NCBI GenBank assembly: GCA_035565055.1
Contig: DATMTA010000007.1
Span: 19,349-83,348 of the forward strand
Reading direction: 5' to 3'
DNA from: Ensifer sp.
Lineage (GTDB): Bacteria; Pseudomonadota; Alphaproteobacteria; Rhizobiales; Rhizobiaceae
Length of the DNA stretch: 64,000 bases
In this document: piece after piece, positions 10,845 through 22,800 of the stretch
Layout of the letters: the number at the start of each line of letters is the position of its first letter
Numbering within the stretch: position 1 is the stretch's first letter
Position numbers and translations under genes: made by a program
Notes under the pieces: model-generated
Told to the model about the DNA's origin: nothing
Seen by the model: only the letters and a program-made list of their open reading frames with translations
Database searches by the model: none

Positions 10845-11096
10845 CGCGCCCGCGGGAAACCGTAACTTGCGCGAAGCAAGTGGGCGGGGGGGGGCAGGTC
10901 GGGCGCAACTTTTTGTGCCCGAATGCCGGCAATGGCTCTCGCGGTTGATCGACCTCAAGGCGCATTTTCTCCGGGCCGCAAAATTAAGAGCGCGCTCATC
11001 GGGGCGGGCCTTGACGTGCCCCGCCACACCACGCACTCTCCCCCTCGCAACAATGCAAGGGCGCGACGTTGGGAGGCGGAGCGCTGAAGGAGGAGC

Positions 11097-13238
11097 TTGC
11101 GAATGACGATACTATTCGGCGTGATTGCATGTGGTTTGTTGTCTGTGGTCTATGCAATATGGGCCACGCAGTCTGTTTTGGCTGCCGACCAGGGTAATGA
11201 AAGAATGCGTGAAATCGCGGGCTACATCCGCGAGGGCGCGCAGGCCTATCTCACACGGCAGTACAAGACGATCGCCATAGTCGGCGTCATCGTATTCATT
11301 GCAGCGTGGTTGCTTCTGTCCGCAGCGGCGGCCTTCGGTTTCCTGATCGGCGCCGTGCTTTCGGGCGCTGCCGGTTTCATCGGGATGCATGTCTCGGTGC
11401 GCGCCAATGTGCGCACGGCGCAGGCCTCGTCCAAGAGCCTCGCCGGCGGTCTCGACATCGCTTTCAAGTCGGGCGCCATTACCGGGATGCTGGTGGCTGG
11501 TCTCGCGCTTCTCGGCGTCTCGGTCTACTATTACATCCTGACCGGCGTGTTGCACCATGAACCGGGCTCGCGTGAAGTGATCGACGCACTGGTTTCGCTC
11601 GGTTTCGGCGCGTCGCTCATCTCCATCTTCGCCCGTCTTGGCGGCGGCATCTTCACCAAGGGTGCGGATGTGGGCGGCGACCTCGTCGGCAAGGTCGAGG
11701 CTGGCATCCCGGAAGACGATCCGCGCAACCCGGCAACGATTGCCGACAACGTCGGCGACAATGTCGGCGACTGCGCCGGCATGGCGGCCGACCTTTTCGA
11801 GACCTATGCCGTCTCGGTCGTCGCAACGATGGTCCTGGCGGCGATTTTCTTCGCCGGAAGCCAGATGCTGTCCAGCACGATGATCTATCCGCTCGCCATC
11901 TGCGGCGGCTCGATCATTACCTCGATCGTCGGCACCTTTTTCGTGAAGCTGGGCTCCAGCAACTCGATCATGGGCGCGCTCTACAAGGGGCTGATCGTCA
12001 CCGGTCTTCTCTCGATCATCAGCCTGGGTGCCGCCACGTCGCTCACCATCGGCTGGGGTGAGGTGGGCACCGTGAACGGCCTCGTCGTTACCGGCAAGAA
12101 CCTGTTCATCTCCGGTCTCGTCGGCCTTGTGGTAACGGCGCTCATTGTCGTGATCACCGAGTATTACACTGGCACCAACAAGCGTCCGGTCAACTCGATC
12201 TCGCAGGCCTCCGTCACGGGTCACGGCACCAACGTGATCCAGGGCTTGGCCGTCTCGCTGGAATCGACAGCGCTTCCGGCCATTGTCATCGTCGGCGGGA
12301 TCATCTCGACCTACCAGCTTGCCGGCCTCTTCGGAACGGGCATTGCGGTCACGGCCATGCTCGGCCTTGCCGGCATGATCGTCGCGCTCGACGCCTTCGG
12401 CCCGGTCACCGACAACGCCGGCGGCATTGCCGAAATGTCGGAGCTGCCGCCGGAGGTTCGCAAGGTCACCGACGCGCTGGACGCAGTCGGCAACACGACC
12501 AAGGCCGTGACGAAGGGCTATGCCATCGGTTCTGCCGGTCTCGGTGCGCTGGTTCTTTTCGCAGCCTATTCGAACGACCTGCAATATTTCGCGAGCCATT
12601 CGGACAAGTATCCGTATTTCGCGAATATCGGCACGATCTCGTTTGATCTCTCCAACCCTTACGTCGTCGCAGGCCTCATCTTCGGCGGCCTCATTCCCTA
12701 TCTCTTCGGCGGTATCGCGATGACGGCCGTGGGACGTGCGGCAGGCTCGATCGTCGAGGAAGTGCGCCGTCAGTTCAAGGCGAAGCCCGGTATCATGGCT
12801 GGCACCGAAAAACCCGACTACGGGCGCGCGGTGGACATCCTGACAAAGGCGGCGATACGCGAAATGATCGTGCCGTCGCTGCTGCCGGTTCTCGCACCGC
12901 TCGTCGTCTATTTCGGCGTGCTGCTGATCTCCGGCTCGAAGGCTTCCGCCTTTGCGGCGCTGGGCGCATCGCTCCTTGGCGTGATCGTCAATGGCCTCTT
13001 CGTCGCCATTTCAATGACCTCGGGCGGCGGCGCTTGGGATAATGCCAAGAAGTCCTTCGAAGACGGCTTTGTCGACAAGGATGGGGTTCGCCACCTCAAG
13101 GGTTCGGAGGCCCACAAGGCTTCCGTCACCGGCGACACGGTCGGCGATCCCTACAAGGACACGGCTGGTCCTGCGGTCAATCCGGCGATCAAGATCACCA
13201 ATATCGTTGCGCTGCTGCTTCTCGCAGTGCTCGCCTAA
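11097..13238 (+). CDS. hppA: Membrane-bound H+-translocating pyrophosphatase, predicted K+-independent
   Basis: [46 protein letters not shown]; GNTTK (Lys) marks the K+-independent subfamily. Confidence 0.97.
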   Translation: MRMTILFGVIACGLLSVVYAIWATQSVLAADQGNERMREIAGYIREGAQAYLTRQYKTIAIVGVIVFIAAWLLLSAAAAFGFLIGAVLSGAAGFIGMHVSVRANVRTAQASSKSLAGGLDIAFKSGAITGMLVAGLALLGVSVYYYILTGVLHHEPGSREVIDALVSLGFGASLISIFARLGGGIFTKGADVGGDLVGKVEAGIPEDDPRNPATIADNVGDNVGDCAGMAADLFETYAVSVVATMVLAAIFFAGSQMLSSTMIYPLAICGGSIITSIVGTFFVKLGSSNSIMGALYKGLIVTGLLSIISLGAATSLTIGWGEVGTVNGLVVTGKNLFISGLVGLVVTALIVVITEYYTGTNKRPVNSISQASVTGHGTNVIQGLAVSLESTALPAIVIVGGIISTYQLAGLFGTGIAVTAMLGLAGMIVALDAFGPVTDNAGGIAEMSELPPEVRKVTDALDAVGNTTKAVTKGYAIGSAGLGALVLFAAYSNDLQYFASHSDKYPYFANIGTISFDLSNPYVVAGLIFGGLIPYLFGGIAMTAVGRAAGSIVEEVRRQFKAKPGIMAGTEKPDYGRAVDILTKAAIREMIVPSLLPVLAPLVVYFGVLLISGSKASAFAALGASLLGVIVNGLFVAISMTSGGGAWDNAKKSFEDGFVDKDGVRHLKGSEAHKASVTGDTVGDPYKDTAGPAVNPAIKITNIVALLLLAVLA

Positions 13239-13255
13239 AGGTAAGGTCAAAAACG

Positions 13256-13290
13256 AAAGGCCCGCGATTCAGATCGCGGGCCTTTGTCGT
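13256..13290. terminator. Bidirectional terminator after hppA
   Basis: AAAGGCCCGCGAT-TCAG-ATCGCGGGCCTTT. Confidence 0.8.
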
Positions 13291-13337
13291 TTGCAGATCG
13301 TGGACATGTCGGGCCGCGCGAGCGGCCCGTGTTGCGC

Positions 13338-13841
13338 TTAATACTTGTTCGCGCCGCCGAGCAGGCTTTTTGCAGCGGCTGCGCCGGTGCTGGCGCCGCC
13401 AGACAGGATACGCTGCAGGAACGTGAGTTCCGTGCCGCCCGTCGGCGTCGTGCGGGAGATCATGTCGAACACCTTGCCGTCCTGCATCTGGTAGTTGGAC
13501 AGCTTCTCGACCGTGCCGTTCTTGTCGAAATAGACGGCCAGAACACTCTGCGACACAAGCGAGGGCTTCATGAACTCGAAGCTTCGTTCGCGTTTCTGCG
13601 AAATGTAGTAGAAGACTTCGCGGTCAAAGGTCGCCGTGGCCGATGGCGTGCCCAGCGAAAGCAGAACCTGCTCGCGGCTCGACCCGACGGGAACCAGCTT
13701 GAGGGTCTGCTCGTCCGCGATGAAACCGTTGTTGATGACTTCTCTCGTCGTGCCCATGCAGCCGGAGGTCGCCATCGCCGCCGCAGTGACGGCTACCAGC
13801 ACTGACGACCGCGCGATATTGAGTTTTGACACGATAGCCAA
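13338..13841 (-). CDS. bamE: Outer membrane protein assembly factor BamE (SmpA/OmlA)
   Basis: Lipobox TSGC, GSSREQVLLSLGTPS, FYYISQ; usual position opposite the Cbp3-like gene. Confidence 0.9.
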   Translation of the reverse strand: MAIVSKLNIARSSVLVAVTAAAMATSGCMGTTREVINNGFIADEQTLKLVPVGSSREQVLLSLGTPSATATFDREVFYYISQKRERSFEFMKPSLVSQSVLAVYFDKNGTVEKLSNYQMQDGKVFDMISRTTPTGGTELTFLQRILSGGASTGAAAAKSLLGGANKY

Positions 13842-13988
13842 AGTAATTCCTTTCCCGTGAGGCGCGGGGCAAATACGCGTTGCAATTCGTGCCTGCTTGG
13901 GTAAACCAGCTTGAACGATGATGCAACATCGGTCCGTGACGGGGCCACGCTTTCGAGCGTGGAGAAATAATCAATACCGGGCTTTTTC

Positions 13989-14537
13989 ATGATATTCGGG
14001 CTGTTCAGGAAAAAAAATAACAACCGGGCCATTGTCGCGCGGCAGTACGAGCATCTGACGCAGGCGGCGCGGCGGGCACCGTTCTATGCGGAGATGGGCG
14101 TTCCCGACACGGTTCTCGGCCGTTTCGAGATGTTGACCATTGTTCTGATTCTCTACTTCCGCCGCACAGCGGATGCCGGGCGTAGCGGCCAGGAGATCGC
14201 CCAGGAGATCATCGACTATTTCTTCGAGGACATCGACCACTCGATGCGGGAACTGGGCGTCGGCGACGTCGGCGTGCCAAAGCGGGTCAAGAAATTTGCA
14301 CGGATGTATTACGGCCGCCTCGAAGCCTATGCCGCAGCGCTTGACGCGGACGATGCCGAAGCGCTGAAGGCGGCGCTCCGCCGCAACATTCGGCCGGATG
14401 AACCGGAAGCGCCTGACATGGCGGCACTTGCCACCTATATGATCGCGGCGGAAACGGCGTTGAAGGCGGTTTCCGAGGACCAGCTTGCAACCGGTGAGGC
14501 TCATCTGATCGAGCCGGAACCGGTGGAAAGGACATGA
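13989..14537 (+). CDS. Ubiquinol-cytochrome c chaperone (Cbp3/UQCC1-like) family protein
   Basis: VPDTVLGRFEML, DIDHSMRELGVGD, YYGRLEAY. Confidence 0.88.
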   Translation: MIFGLFRKKNNNRAIVARQYEHLTQAARRAPFYAEMGVPDTVLGRFEMLTIVLILYFRRTADAGRSGQEIAQEIIDYFFEDIDHSMRELGVGDVGVPKRVKKFARMYYGRLEAYAAALDADDAEALKAALRRNIRPDEPEAPDMAALATYMIAAETALKAVSEDQLATGEAHLIEPEPVERT

Positions 14538-15103
14538 AGATGCAGCCTGTGAAAGACAAGGGCGACGCACCGTTTTCCTATAAGGTCAAGGTGGGCCACA
14601 TCTCGGCAAACCCCGTGACCGTCAAGCTTTCGGCCGATAAGCAGGAGCTTGAGGGCCTGGCGACGCTGTGGCGCGTGGATGCGGTCCGGCGGCTTGAAAG
14701 CGAACTGCAGATCGCGCGCTGGAAGAAGGACGGCGTGCGTATCCGTGGCCATGTCGACGCCGAGATCGTCCAAAGCTGCGTCGTCACGCTCGAGCCGGTC
14801 GAGACGACGATCTCCGAGGAGGTTGACCGGATTTACGTGCCGGAGGGCTCCCGACTCGCACGGCTGGTTCTCGACGAGCGGGGAGAAATGGTGCTCGATC
14901 CGGAGGGCGAAGACATTCCGGAACAGTTCAGCGGCGACACGATCGATGCCCGCGATGCCGTCACCGAGGCCGTGGCGCTTGCGATCGATCCTTACCCGCG
15001 CAAACCCGGTGCCGAGTTTGCCGATCATGTCGAGTCCACCGAGGCTGACGACAAAAAGCCGTCGCCGTTTGCGATCCTGAAGGACTGGAAGAAAACGGAC
15101 TGA
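14534..15103 (+). CDS. DUF177/YceD family protein
   Basis: QSCVVTLEPV, EAVALAIDPYPRKPG, SPFAILK; ATGA overlap with upstream gene; precedes plsX. Confidence 0.88.
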   Translation: MKMQPVKDKGDAPFSYKVKVGHISANPVTVKLSADKQELEGLATLWRVDAVRRLESELQIARWKKDGVRIRGHVDAEIVQSCVVTLEPVETTISEEVDRIYVPEGSRLARLVLDERGEMVLDPEGEDIPEQFSGDTIDARDAVTEAVALAIDPYPRKPGAEFADHVESTEADDKKPSPFAILKDWKKTD

Positions 15104-15276
15104 TCGCGGATCGGGCCGCCAAAAATTGCCTTGTTTCTGTGCGCCTTGAGCTCAGCTGGCAGGCAATTCCGTTTGAAAATCCGCAATTGCAGTTGTACGC
15201 CGATTGAAAACGGGTATTTTGACCCCAATTTCGCGAGGGCAGAAATGCGTTTGCGAACAGCAGGACAGGGTAGCGC

Positions 15277-16332
15277 GTGGTAACAATTTCACTTGATGCG
15301 ATGGGCGGAGACTTCGGTCCCAGCGTGGCCATCCCCGGAGCAGCGCGCGCGCTGGAGCGTCATCCCGACATCCGCTTCGCAATTTATGGCATCGAAGCCG
15401 AATGCCTGCCGATCCTCAACAAGTACCCGGCTCTGAAAGCCAAGTCCGAGTTTCACCCGGTTGAAGTCGCGATCGGCATGGAAGAAAAGCCGAGCCAGGC
15501 GCTGCGCCGGGGCCGCTACAAGTCCTCCATGTGGAAAGCCATCGAGGCGGTGAAGCTGAAGGAAGCCGACGTTGCGGTTTCCGCCGGTAACACCGGCGCG
15601 CTGATGGCAATGGCGCTTTTCTGCCTGCGCACCATGGCCAATATCGAGCGTCCGGCGCTTGCCGGCATCTGGCCGACGCTGAAGGGCGAAAGCATCGTGC
15701 TCGACGTCGGCGCGACCATTGGCGCAGATGCCCAGCAGCTTGTCGACTTTGCCCTGATGGGCGGCGCGATGGCGCGCGCGCTTTTCGAACTGAAGCGCCC
15801 CTCCGTCGGCCTGCTCAATGTTGGTGTTGAGGAGGTCAAGGGACAGGAAGAGGTGAAGGAAGCCGGGCGCATCCTGCGTGATTCCGATTTCCAGTCGATC
15901 CGCTACGCTGGCTTTGTTGAAGGCGACGACCTGGGCAAAGGCACTGTCGATGTGGTCGTCAGCGAGGGCTTCACCGGCAATATCGCGCTCAAGGCTGCAG
16001 AGGGCACGGCACGGCAACTCGCGACCTACCTGCGCATGGCCATGTCGCGCACGCTGCTCGCCAAGATCGGCTACCTCTTCGCGAAGAGCGCATTTGATAT
16101 GCTGCGGGACAAGATGGACCCGCGCAAGGTGAACGGCGCCGTGTTCCTCGGTCTGAACGGTATCGTCATCAAGAGCCATGGCGGTACAGACGCCGAGGGC
16201 TTCGCGGCCGCGGTCGAAGTGGGCTATGACATGGCCCGCAACAAGTTGAACGAAAAGATCGAAAACGATCTGAAGAATTTTCATTCTCGGCGTCTCCCCA
16301 TCAAGGTCGACGCGGATGACGACGGGGTTTGA
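15277..16332 (+). CDS. plsX: Phosphate acyltransferase PlsX
   Basis: [35 protein letters not shown]. Confidence 0.98.
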   Translation: MVTISLDAMGGDFGPSVAIPGAARALERHPDIRFAIYGIEAECLPILNKYPALKAKSEFHPVEVAIGMEEKPSQALRRGRYKSSMWKAIEAVKLKEADVAVSAGNTGALMAMALFCLRTMANIERPALAGIWPTLKGESIVLDVGATIGADAQQLVDFALMGGAMARALFELKRPSVGLLNVGVEEVKGQEEVKEAGRILRDSDFQSIRYAGFVEGDDLGKGTVDVVVSEGFTGNIALKAAEGTARQLATYLRMAMSRTLLAKIGYLFAKSAFDMLRDKMDPRKVNGAVFLGLNGIVIKSHGGTDAEGFAAAVEVGYDMARNKLNEKIENDLKNFHSRRLPIKVDADDDGV

Positions 16333-16337
16333 CATTT

Positions 16338-17309
16338 ATGATCCGTTCCGTGGTGAGAGGCTTTGGTGCCTCGCTGCCCGCTCGCGTGGTGACCAACAGC
16401 GAGCTTGAAGGCCAGGTTGAAACCTCTGACGAGTGGATCGTCCAGCGGACCGGCATCCGCCAGCGCTACATTGCGGGCGAGGGGGAGACGACCGCTTCAC
16501 TCGGCACCGCCGCTGCAAAGGCTGCGCTCGACCGGGCAGGCCTGACGCCGGCCGATATCGATCTCATCATTCTGGCCACGTCTACGCCCAATAATACCTT
16601 TCCAGCGACCGCGGTCGAAATCCAGAACAATCTCGGCATGTCCCATGGCGCTGCCTTCGACATGCAAGCCGTCTGCACGGGCTTCGTCTACGCCATGGCA
16701 ACGGCCGATGCCTACATTCGCGGCGGCCTCGCCAGGCGCGCGATCGTGATCGGCGCTGAAACCTTCTCGCGCCTTCTTGACTGGGAAGACCGCACGACCT
16801 GCGTGCTCTTCGGCGATGGCGCCGGCGCCGTTGTGCTGGAAGGTGTCGAAGGCAAGGGCGACACATCCGACCGCGGCATTCTGACGGCGCATCTCCGCTC
16901 CGATGGCGCCCACAAGGAAAAGCTCTACGTCGATGGCGGCCCCTCCACCACAGGCACTGTCGGTCACCTGCGTATGCAGGGCAGGGAAGTCTTCAAGCAC
17001 GCTGTCGGCAACATCACCGACGTGATCGTTGCCGCCTTCGACGCGACGGGTCTCTCGATAGATCAACTCGATTGGCTGGTGCCGCATCAGGCCAATATCC
17101 GCATCATTGAGGGTTCGGCCAAGAAGCTTGCCATTCCGATGGAAAAGGTTGTCGTCACTGTGGATCAACATGGCAACACCTCGGCGGCTTCCATTCCGCT
17201 CGCGCTCGCTCAAGCCGCTGGTGACGGTCGAATCAAGCAGGGCGATCTCGTTCTGCTCGAAGCCATGGGCGGCGGATTCACCTGGGGTTCTGTGCTTCTT
17301 CGCTGGTAG
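16338..17309 (+). CDS. fabH: 3-oxoacyl-ACP synthase III
   Basis: RTGIRQR, AVCTGF (catalytic Cys), [20 protein letters not shown]. Confidence 0.98.
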   Translation: MIRSVVRGFGASLPARVVTNSELEGQVETSDEWIVQRTGIRQRYIAGEGETTASLGTAAAKAALDRAGLTPADIDLIILATSTPNNTFPATAVEIQNNLGMSHGAAFDMQAVCTGFVYAMATADAYIRGGLARRAIVIGAETFSRLLDWEDRTTCVLFGDGAGAVVLEGVEGKGDTSDRGILTAHLRSDGAHKEKLYVDGGPSTTGTVGHLRMQGREVFKHAVGNITDVIVAAFDATGLSIDQLDWLVPHQANIRIIEGSAKKLAIPMEKVVVTVDQHGNTSAASIPLALAQAAGDGRIKQGDLVLLEAMGGGFTWGSVLLRW

Positions 17310-17513
17310 TTGCGCATCCGCTTGAAATCCAATTTTCTTTGCTTTTCAACGCTTGACCGTTCACGGCAAGGGAAATAGTCTCTGTGCGCTCGAGGTATGG
17401 TGCGCAGGCGTGAGGAGCTTTGGCTGACGCATCGCGGCTTCGAGACAGGTATGAGCGAGGCGCCCGGTCCGTGGAGCCCGTATCAACAACAAGCTTTGAT
17501 AAGAGCGGGGAAA

Positions 17514-17852
17514 ATGACAGGTAAAACCGTGACACGCGCCGATCTCGCCGAATCGGTCTTCCGCAAAGTGGGTCTTTCGCGCGCCGAGTCCGCCGAGCTT
17601 GTCGAAACGATCATCGACGAAATCTGCAATGCGATCGTGCGTGGCGAGAGCGTGAAACTGTCGTCCTTCGCCACATTCCAGGTTCGCGACAAGAATGAGC
17701 GTATCGGCCGCAACCCGAAGACGGGCGAGGAAGTGCCGATTTCGCCACGCCGCGTCATGACGTTCAAGGCGTCGAATGTGCTCAAGCAGCGCATCCTCAA
17801 GTCGCATCAGCAGCGCAAGGCGAAGCAGAAGCCTGCAGCGCCGGCATCCTGA
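17514..17852 (+). CDS. ihfA: Integration host factor alpha
   Basis: [29 protein letters not shown]. Confidence 0.97.
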   Translation: MTGKTVTRADLAESVFRKVGLSRAESAELVETIIDEICNAIVRGESVKLSSFATFQVRDKNERIGRNPKTGEEVPISPRRVMTFKASNVLKQRILKSHQQRKAKQKPAAPAS

Positions 17853-17913
17853 TCGCAACGGCAGCGGAGCGAAACGCTCGCAGCCGTAAGCTTGGCCTGC
17901 AGGAAGACAGACG

Positions 17914-18444
17914 ATGGAAAAGAGCCCAGACGCATTCCGGACGATCAGCGAGGTCGCAGACGATCTCGACCTTCCGCAGCACGTCCTGAGGTTCTGGGAA
18001 ACCCGCTTTCCGCAGATCAAGCCGATGAAGCGCGGCGGCGGCCGCCGCTACTATCGCCCGGAAGACGTTGACCTTCTCAAGGGCATCCGCCACCTGCTTT
18101 ATGATCACGGCTACACGATCAAGGGCGTTCAGAAGCTCCTGAAGTCGAACGGCAACAAGTTCGTCATCGCGATTGGCGCCGGCGACATGGATGCCGTGGA
18201 AGCACTTTCGCAGGCTGCCGCTGCCGAACAGGCCGCAGCCAAGGTGCAGCCGCCGACGCTTGAGGAAGACCAGATCGTCGGCAAGGCCAAGGCCCCATCC
18301 ACACGCCGTTTCTTCGGCTTCGGCGCGTCGAATCAGGAGCCAGAAATGGGTTCCGCCGGTGTCGGCAAGGAAGACCGTGCACTCCTGCAGGAAGCGCTCT
18401 ACGACCTGCTGGAATGCAAGCGCCTGCTCGATCAGGTTCGCTGA
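17914..18444 (+). CDS. MerR-family transcriptional regulator (ihfA-linked type)
   Basis: [43 protein letters not shown]. Confidence 0.92.
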   Translation: MEKSPDAFRTISEVADDLDLPQHVLRFWETRFPQIKPMKRGGGRRYYRPEDVDLLKGIRHLLYDHGYTIKGVQKLLKSNGNKFVIAIGAGDMDAVEALSQAAAAEQAAAKVQPPTLEEDQIVGKAKAPSTRRFFGFGASNQEPEMGSAGVGKEDRALLQEALYDLLECKRLLDQVR

Positions 18445-18553
18445 CGCCTGCGCTTTGTCATCGCAGTGATCCAATCCGTCGATTTCTTCCGACTGCCTCT
18501 TGCGCTCGCCATGCGACGCGGTTATGGAGTGCGTGCTTTCCATGAAGGCAGGT

Positions 18554-18630
<77 letters not shown>

Positions 18631-18740
18631 TTAATTCCCCCGCTTTTCCAGAAATTTGCAGGACTTTTCTCACTTGCATGACGTAACGTCATGTGTAAGT
18701 GCCGACACGCTTTTTCGGTGCTTGGCGCAGGTGCCGTCTG

Positions 18741-19982
18741 TTATGCCTCGGATATGGCCTTGTCCCGCTGATAGTTCATCTCCAGTGCGCGGCAGCCCCA
18801 GATGATGCCCAGCACCATGTAGAAGTGCCGCCAGTGGTCGGTGTCGATCACATTGCCGATGCCGACATGGCCGACAAGGACGATCCAGGCGATCATCAGA
18901 TAGGGCTGCCAGGGCCGATTGCGCAGCAGGAGCCGGAAGCCGCTGGCAACAGTCCAGACAATCAGCGTGATGTAGCAGACGAAGCCAAGCCAGCCGTAGC
19001 TCGTCAGCATCTTCAGCCAGATATTGTGCTCGTCCTCGGGAAAGATCGTGCTGAAGACCAGCGGGCCGATCCCGAGCGGCTTTTCCATGGACATCATGAA
19101 GCCCAGGCGATGGCGTTCGAACCGCCCCAGGTGGCCGCCATCGTAGGATTGAACCAGTTCCGTGCGCATCGAGAAGAGATCGGCAACCTTCTGGAACTGA
19201 AGCGCGATGATGACTGCCGCAACCATCAGCACGACGCCTGCCAGGGCCAGGAGGACGATCTTCAGGCGAAATGCCGATGTCCGCTCCTTCAGGAGCATGA
19301 TGAAGACGAGCATCGCCGCCGCAAAGACATAGAGGCCCCAGGCAGCTCGCGAGAAGGCGAGGAAAAGGCCGAACGTGATGATCAGAAGCGAAACAACCCG
19401 GATCGGCAGGTGATAGGTCTTTCCCGTCAGGATGCCATGGATGAGGTAGAGGGCAGGGGCAACGAGATAGGGTCCGAAGACGTTCGGGTCCTTGAAGGCG
19501 CCCATGGCGCGATCATAGCGGGTAAAGACTTCCGAACCCGGAAAGGCGTGGAAATAGCCCAGGATACCCAGAATGGAGGTGATGACGGCCGCCGCGGTCC
19601 AGGCCTTGAACATGAGCTCCATGCGGTCATAGCGATCTTCGAAGATCGCCGCATAGAAAATCGCCGTCAGCGCCAGGAACGCGCTCACGCCGAAATAGAC
19701 GAAGCCGCCGGCAACGTCCGTCATCTGTGTGAGCGAAAGAAGACAGCCGGTCTCGATGGCAATGAGCAGCATGGCGAGCGGCCCGGTGCCGCGCGTCAGC
19801 TTGAGGCCAAGAATGAACCAGAGCCCGAGGAGGAGAGCGATGACGGCATCCGTGGGCGCAGGCTCGCGGATCACGAACCCGGTCAGAAACACGCCGAGCG
19901 CCAGCAGCACCGATCCGATGAACCGGAAGGTGGCGATCCGCGGGCGGAAGACCCCGCCATCCATGGCGTCAAGCGTGGTCAA
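18741..19982 (-). CDS. uppF: Wzy/O-antigen-ligase-like polysaccharide polymerase of the upp cluster
   Basis: Multi-TM, RAMGAFKDPNVFG, FSRAAW, HNIWL; TTGA overlap with uppE-like gene. Confidence 0.75.
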   Translation of the reverse strand: MTTLDAMDGGVFRPRIATFRFIGSVLLALGVFLTGFVIREPAPTDAVIALLLGLWFILGLKLTRGTGPLAMLLIAIETGCLLSLTQMTDVAGGFVYFGVSAFLALTAIFYAAIFEDRYDRMELMFKAWTAAAVITSILGILGYFHAFPGSEVFTRYDRAMGAFKDPNVFGPYLVAPALYLIHGILTGKTYHLPIRVVSLLIITFGLFLAFSRAAWGLYVFAAAMLVFIMLLKERTSAFRLKIVLLALAGVVLMVAAVIIALQFQKVADLFSMRTELVQSYDGGHLGRFERHRLGFMMSMEKPLGIGPLVFSTIFPEDEHNIWLKMLTSYGWLGFVCYITLIVWTVASGFRLLLRNRPWQPYLMIAWIVLVGHVGIGNVIDTDHWRHFYMVLGIIWGCRALEMNYQRDKAISEA

Positions 19983-21535
19983 TAGGCGTTGTCCGTCTTG
20001 AGGAGCCGAATGGGCGTGAGGATCAGGATCTTGAGATCGAGCCAGAGCGACCAGTTCTCGATATAGTAGAGATCGGCGGCAATACGGCCGCGGATCTTCT
20101 CGTCCGTGTCGATCTCGCCGCGCCAGCCATTGATCTGCGCCCAGCCGGTAACGCCGGGCTTGACGCGATGGCGTGCGAAATAGGTGTCGACCACTTCGAC
20201 ATAGACGCGATCTTGCGTCTGGGCCGCTACGGCGTGCGGTCGCGGCCCAACCAGCGAAAGGCGGCCCTGCAGCACGTTGAAGAACTGCGGCAGTTCATCG
20301 ATGGAGGCCTTGCGGATGAAGCGGCCAACGGGTGTCACACGCGGGTCGTTTTTCGTGACCGCCTGCCTTGCCGTCGGATCGCTCATCTCCGAATACATGG
20401 ACCGGAACTTGTAGATCTCGACGATCTCGTTGTTGAAGCCGTGGCGCTTCTGCTTGAAGATGATGGGCCCTTTGGAGGTGAACTTCACGGCAAGCGCCGC
20501 GGCCAGCATGATCGGCCAGAGCAGGGCGATCGCGACGAGCGAGAACACGATGTCGAAGATACGCTTGGCAACCGAGTCCCAGTCGGCGATCGGCTTGTCG
20601 AAGACATCGAGCATCGACACCTTGCCGATGCGCGAGTAGGCGCGCGGGCGGAAACGCAGCTTGCTGGAATGCGCGGCGATGCGAATGTCGACCGGCAGCA
20701 CCCAGAGCTTGCGCAGCAGTTCAAGGATGCGCAGCTCGGCGGAAAGCGGCAGCGCGATGATCAGAATGTCGATGCGCGCGGTGCGGGCGAATTCCACCAG
20801 TTCATCAAACGTGCCGAGCTTGGGATAACCGGCGACCATATCCGGCGAGCGTCGGTCGTCCCGATCGTCGAAAATGCCGCAGATACGGATGTCGTTATCG
20901 CTGATGCTCTCCATTTCGCGGATCAGGTCACGGGCCGGTGCGCCACCGCCCACGATCACCGCACGCCGCTCCATGAAGCCGTTTCGGGTCCAGCGGCGAA
21001 TGGCATAGCCGATGAAGGCGCGTTCGAGCGACAGGAGGCCCGCGCCGACCGCCACGCCGACGGCGCCGCTTGCAAAGAGCGCCGACGCGCTACCACCGCG
21101 ATAGAGAACGATGAGGCAGAAAAGCAGGCCGGCGGCGACGAGGCTTCCAGCCGCCCGCGGGATGCCGCGGCGGGGTGAACGCAGCACCGGGAAAAGGTAA
21201 CCGTCGAGCACCTGCGTGAGGACGGTCGCAAAAATGCCGGTCGCGATCGCGATCAGCAGAACCGCTGGAGCGCCGAGGACATGGGCTTCAGGGGCCGCCA
21301 GATAAAAGCCGGCGCAGGTGGCGGCAACAAGCAGAGCTTCCCCGATTCGAATGAACCCGGCGATGATGGACGGCTTCTTGCTGTCGAGGGCGAACTGCGA
21401 GGCGATGCGCGCCGCATAGGGGTTCAGCGGTTTCGACTGTGCGGCCGGTTTGCTTTCGGATGTCGTGGTGACCTCCGAAATCTGCTTGCGGATCTTGTCG
21501 ATGTCGAACTGATCGTGGCGCTCGATCTGATTCAT
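19979..21535 (-). CDS. uppE: Undecaprenyl-phosphate hexose phosphotransferase (WbaP/WcaJ type)
   Basis: KRIFDI, YKFRSM, DPRVTPVGRFIRKASIDELPQ, SLVGPRP, VKPGVTGWAQING. Confidence 0.88.
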   Translation of the reverse strand: MNQIERHDQFDIDKIRKQISEVTTTSESKPAAQSKPLNPYAARIASQFALDSKKPSIIAGFIRIGEALLVAATCAGFYLAAPEAHVLGAPAVLLIAIATGIFATVLTQVLDGYLFPVLRSPRRGIPRAAGSLVAAGLLFCLIVLYRGGSASALFASGAVGVAVGAGLLSLERAFIGYAIRRWTRNGFMERRAVIVGGGAPARDLIREMESISDNDIRICGIFDDRDDRRSPDMVAGYPKLGTFDELVEFARTARIDILIIALPLSAELRILELLRKLWVLPVDIRIAAHSSKLRFRPRAYSRIGKVSMLDVFDKPIADWDSVAKRIFDIVFSLVAIALLWPIMLAAALAVKFTSKGPIIFKQKRHGFNNEIVEIYKFRSMYSEMSDPTARQAVTKNDPRVTPVGRFIRKASIDELPQFFNVLQGRLSLVGPRPHAVAAQTQDRVYVEVVDTYFARHRVKPGVTGWAQINGWRGEIDTDEKIRGRIAADLYYIENWSLWLDLKILILTPIRLLKTDNAY

Positions 21536-21643
21536 GGGTGCAGTCCATCACTGAAGATTGGACATGCATAGCAGCCACCCTTGAAAAGATTGATTAAGTC
21601 CGGATGCAACCCGTGACTTCCAAAAAGTATGGTCAATGGAGGG

Positions 21644-22795
21644 TTAACGGCCGCCGGCGATCTCGTCGTGCAGCGATTGATAGAGGTCGAGCATCCGCTG
21701 GCCCATGGCGCGACTGGAGAACGTCCGCTCGAACGCGTCCATGTCCGGGCGTGTTGTTTCGAGCCAGCCCGGCTCCGTGGCTGCACGCGCCATGACTTGT
21801 CCCATCGCCTGCCAGTCGCCCGCCTGTATCAGGGCAGGGTTGTCCCGTCCGAGTGCTTCCGGGATGCCGCCCACGCGGGCTGCGATCAAGGGCTTGCCGG
21901 CTGCGACGGCCTCCAGGACGATGTAGGGCATGGCCTCCGCCCGGGACGGAACGACCAGCGTGCGCGCCAGGCGAAAGGCCTCGCGCTGCTTCATCGCGGG
22001 CAGCATGGTGATGCGCTGGCCGAGACCCAGTTGCACCATCATCGCCGCATATTTTTCCTGGTCAGGGCCATCACCGATCATCAGGGCGGACATCGGACGG
22101 CCGACGATACGCTCGGCCTCGGCGAAGGCGCGGATGAAGAGATCGCCGCCCTTCAGGTCCCGCATCATGCCGATATACTGGAAGTCCTTCGGTTCATCGA
22201 CGAGGCCGGGTGAGATGAATTCCGTGCTGTCGATGCCGTTATAGTTGACGACCGCCCTCTTCGTCAGTTTGCCGATCTTCGCGATATAGGCGTCGCGCTC
22301 GAATTCGCAGACGAAAACGGTGGCGTCCCCCATGCGCTCAAGAATGCGCTCAAGCATGAAGACGGTCGACCCCGGAACGCCGGGGCGAAAATGCAGGCTG
22401 CCGCCATGGGGGGAATAAAGGCGGGCTACGCAATACCTGTTGACCCGCAGCATTGAGCCGATGACCCGGGCAATTGCGCCACCCTTGGCGCCATGCCCGT
22501 GCAGAACATCCGGCTGCAAACTTTTGATTTGTTGATAGCTCTTCATGAAAGCGCCGAAGTCCGAGGGACTGATGGCGCGGTTGATGGGGATGCGGGTGAG
22601 GCCGAGGGCAAGATAGGGGCGGATCTGGTCGAAGAGCTTGTCCTCGAACGCACCACCGGTGGTGCTGTCGCAGACAATACCGACCTCGTGGCCCGCCTTG
22701 CTGTGTTCGATGGCAAGGTCGCGAACATGCCTGAATATCCCGCCGACTGGCGAGCGAAAGCAGTGAATGATGCGCATTTTGCCAGTTGCGGCCAT
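21644..22795 (-). CDS. uppD: GT4 glycosyltransferase
   Basis: SPVGGIFRHV, HGHGAKGG, VPSRAEAMPYIVLEA. Confidence 0.8.
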   Translation of the reverse strand: MAATGKMRIIHCFRSPVGGIFRHVRDLAIEHSKAGHEVGIVCDSTTGGAFEDKLFDQIRPYLALGLTRIPINRAISPSDFGAFMKSYQQIKSLQPDVLHGHGAKGGAIARVIGSMLRVNRYCVARLYSPHGGSLHFRPGVPGSTVFMLERILERMGDATVFVCEFERDAYIAKIGKLTKRAVVNYNGIDSTEFISPGLVDEPKDFQYIGMMRDLKGGDLFIRAFAEAERIVGRPMSALMIGDGPDQEKYAAMMVQLGLGQRITMLPAMKQREAFRLARTLVVPSRAEAMPYIVLEAVAAGKPLIAARVGGIPEALGRDNPALIQAGDWQAMGQVMARAATEPGWLETTRPDMDAFERTFSSRAMGQRMLDLYQSLHDEIAGGR

Positions 22796-22800
22796 AACGG

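Noticed and set aside
10886-10894. G9 homopolymer upstream of hppA as a phase-variation tract
   Set aside because: Single tract ~120 nt from the likely promoter, not between -35 and -10; may be chance or a sequencing artefact
15104-15276. Missing rpmF between DUF177 and plsX
   Set aside because: No ORF remnant; I recall this absence as normal for Rhizobiales
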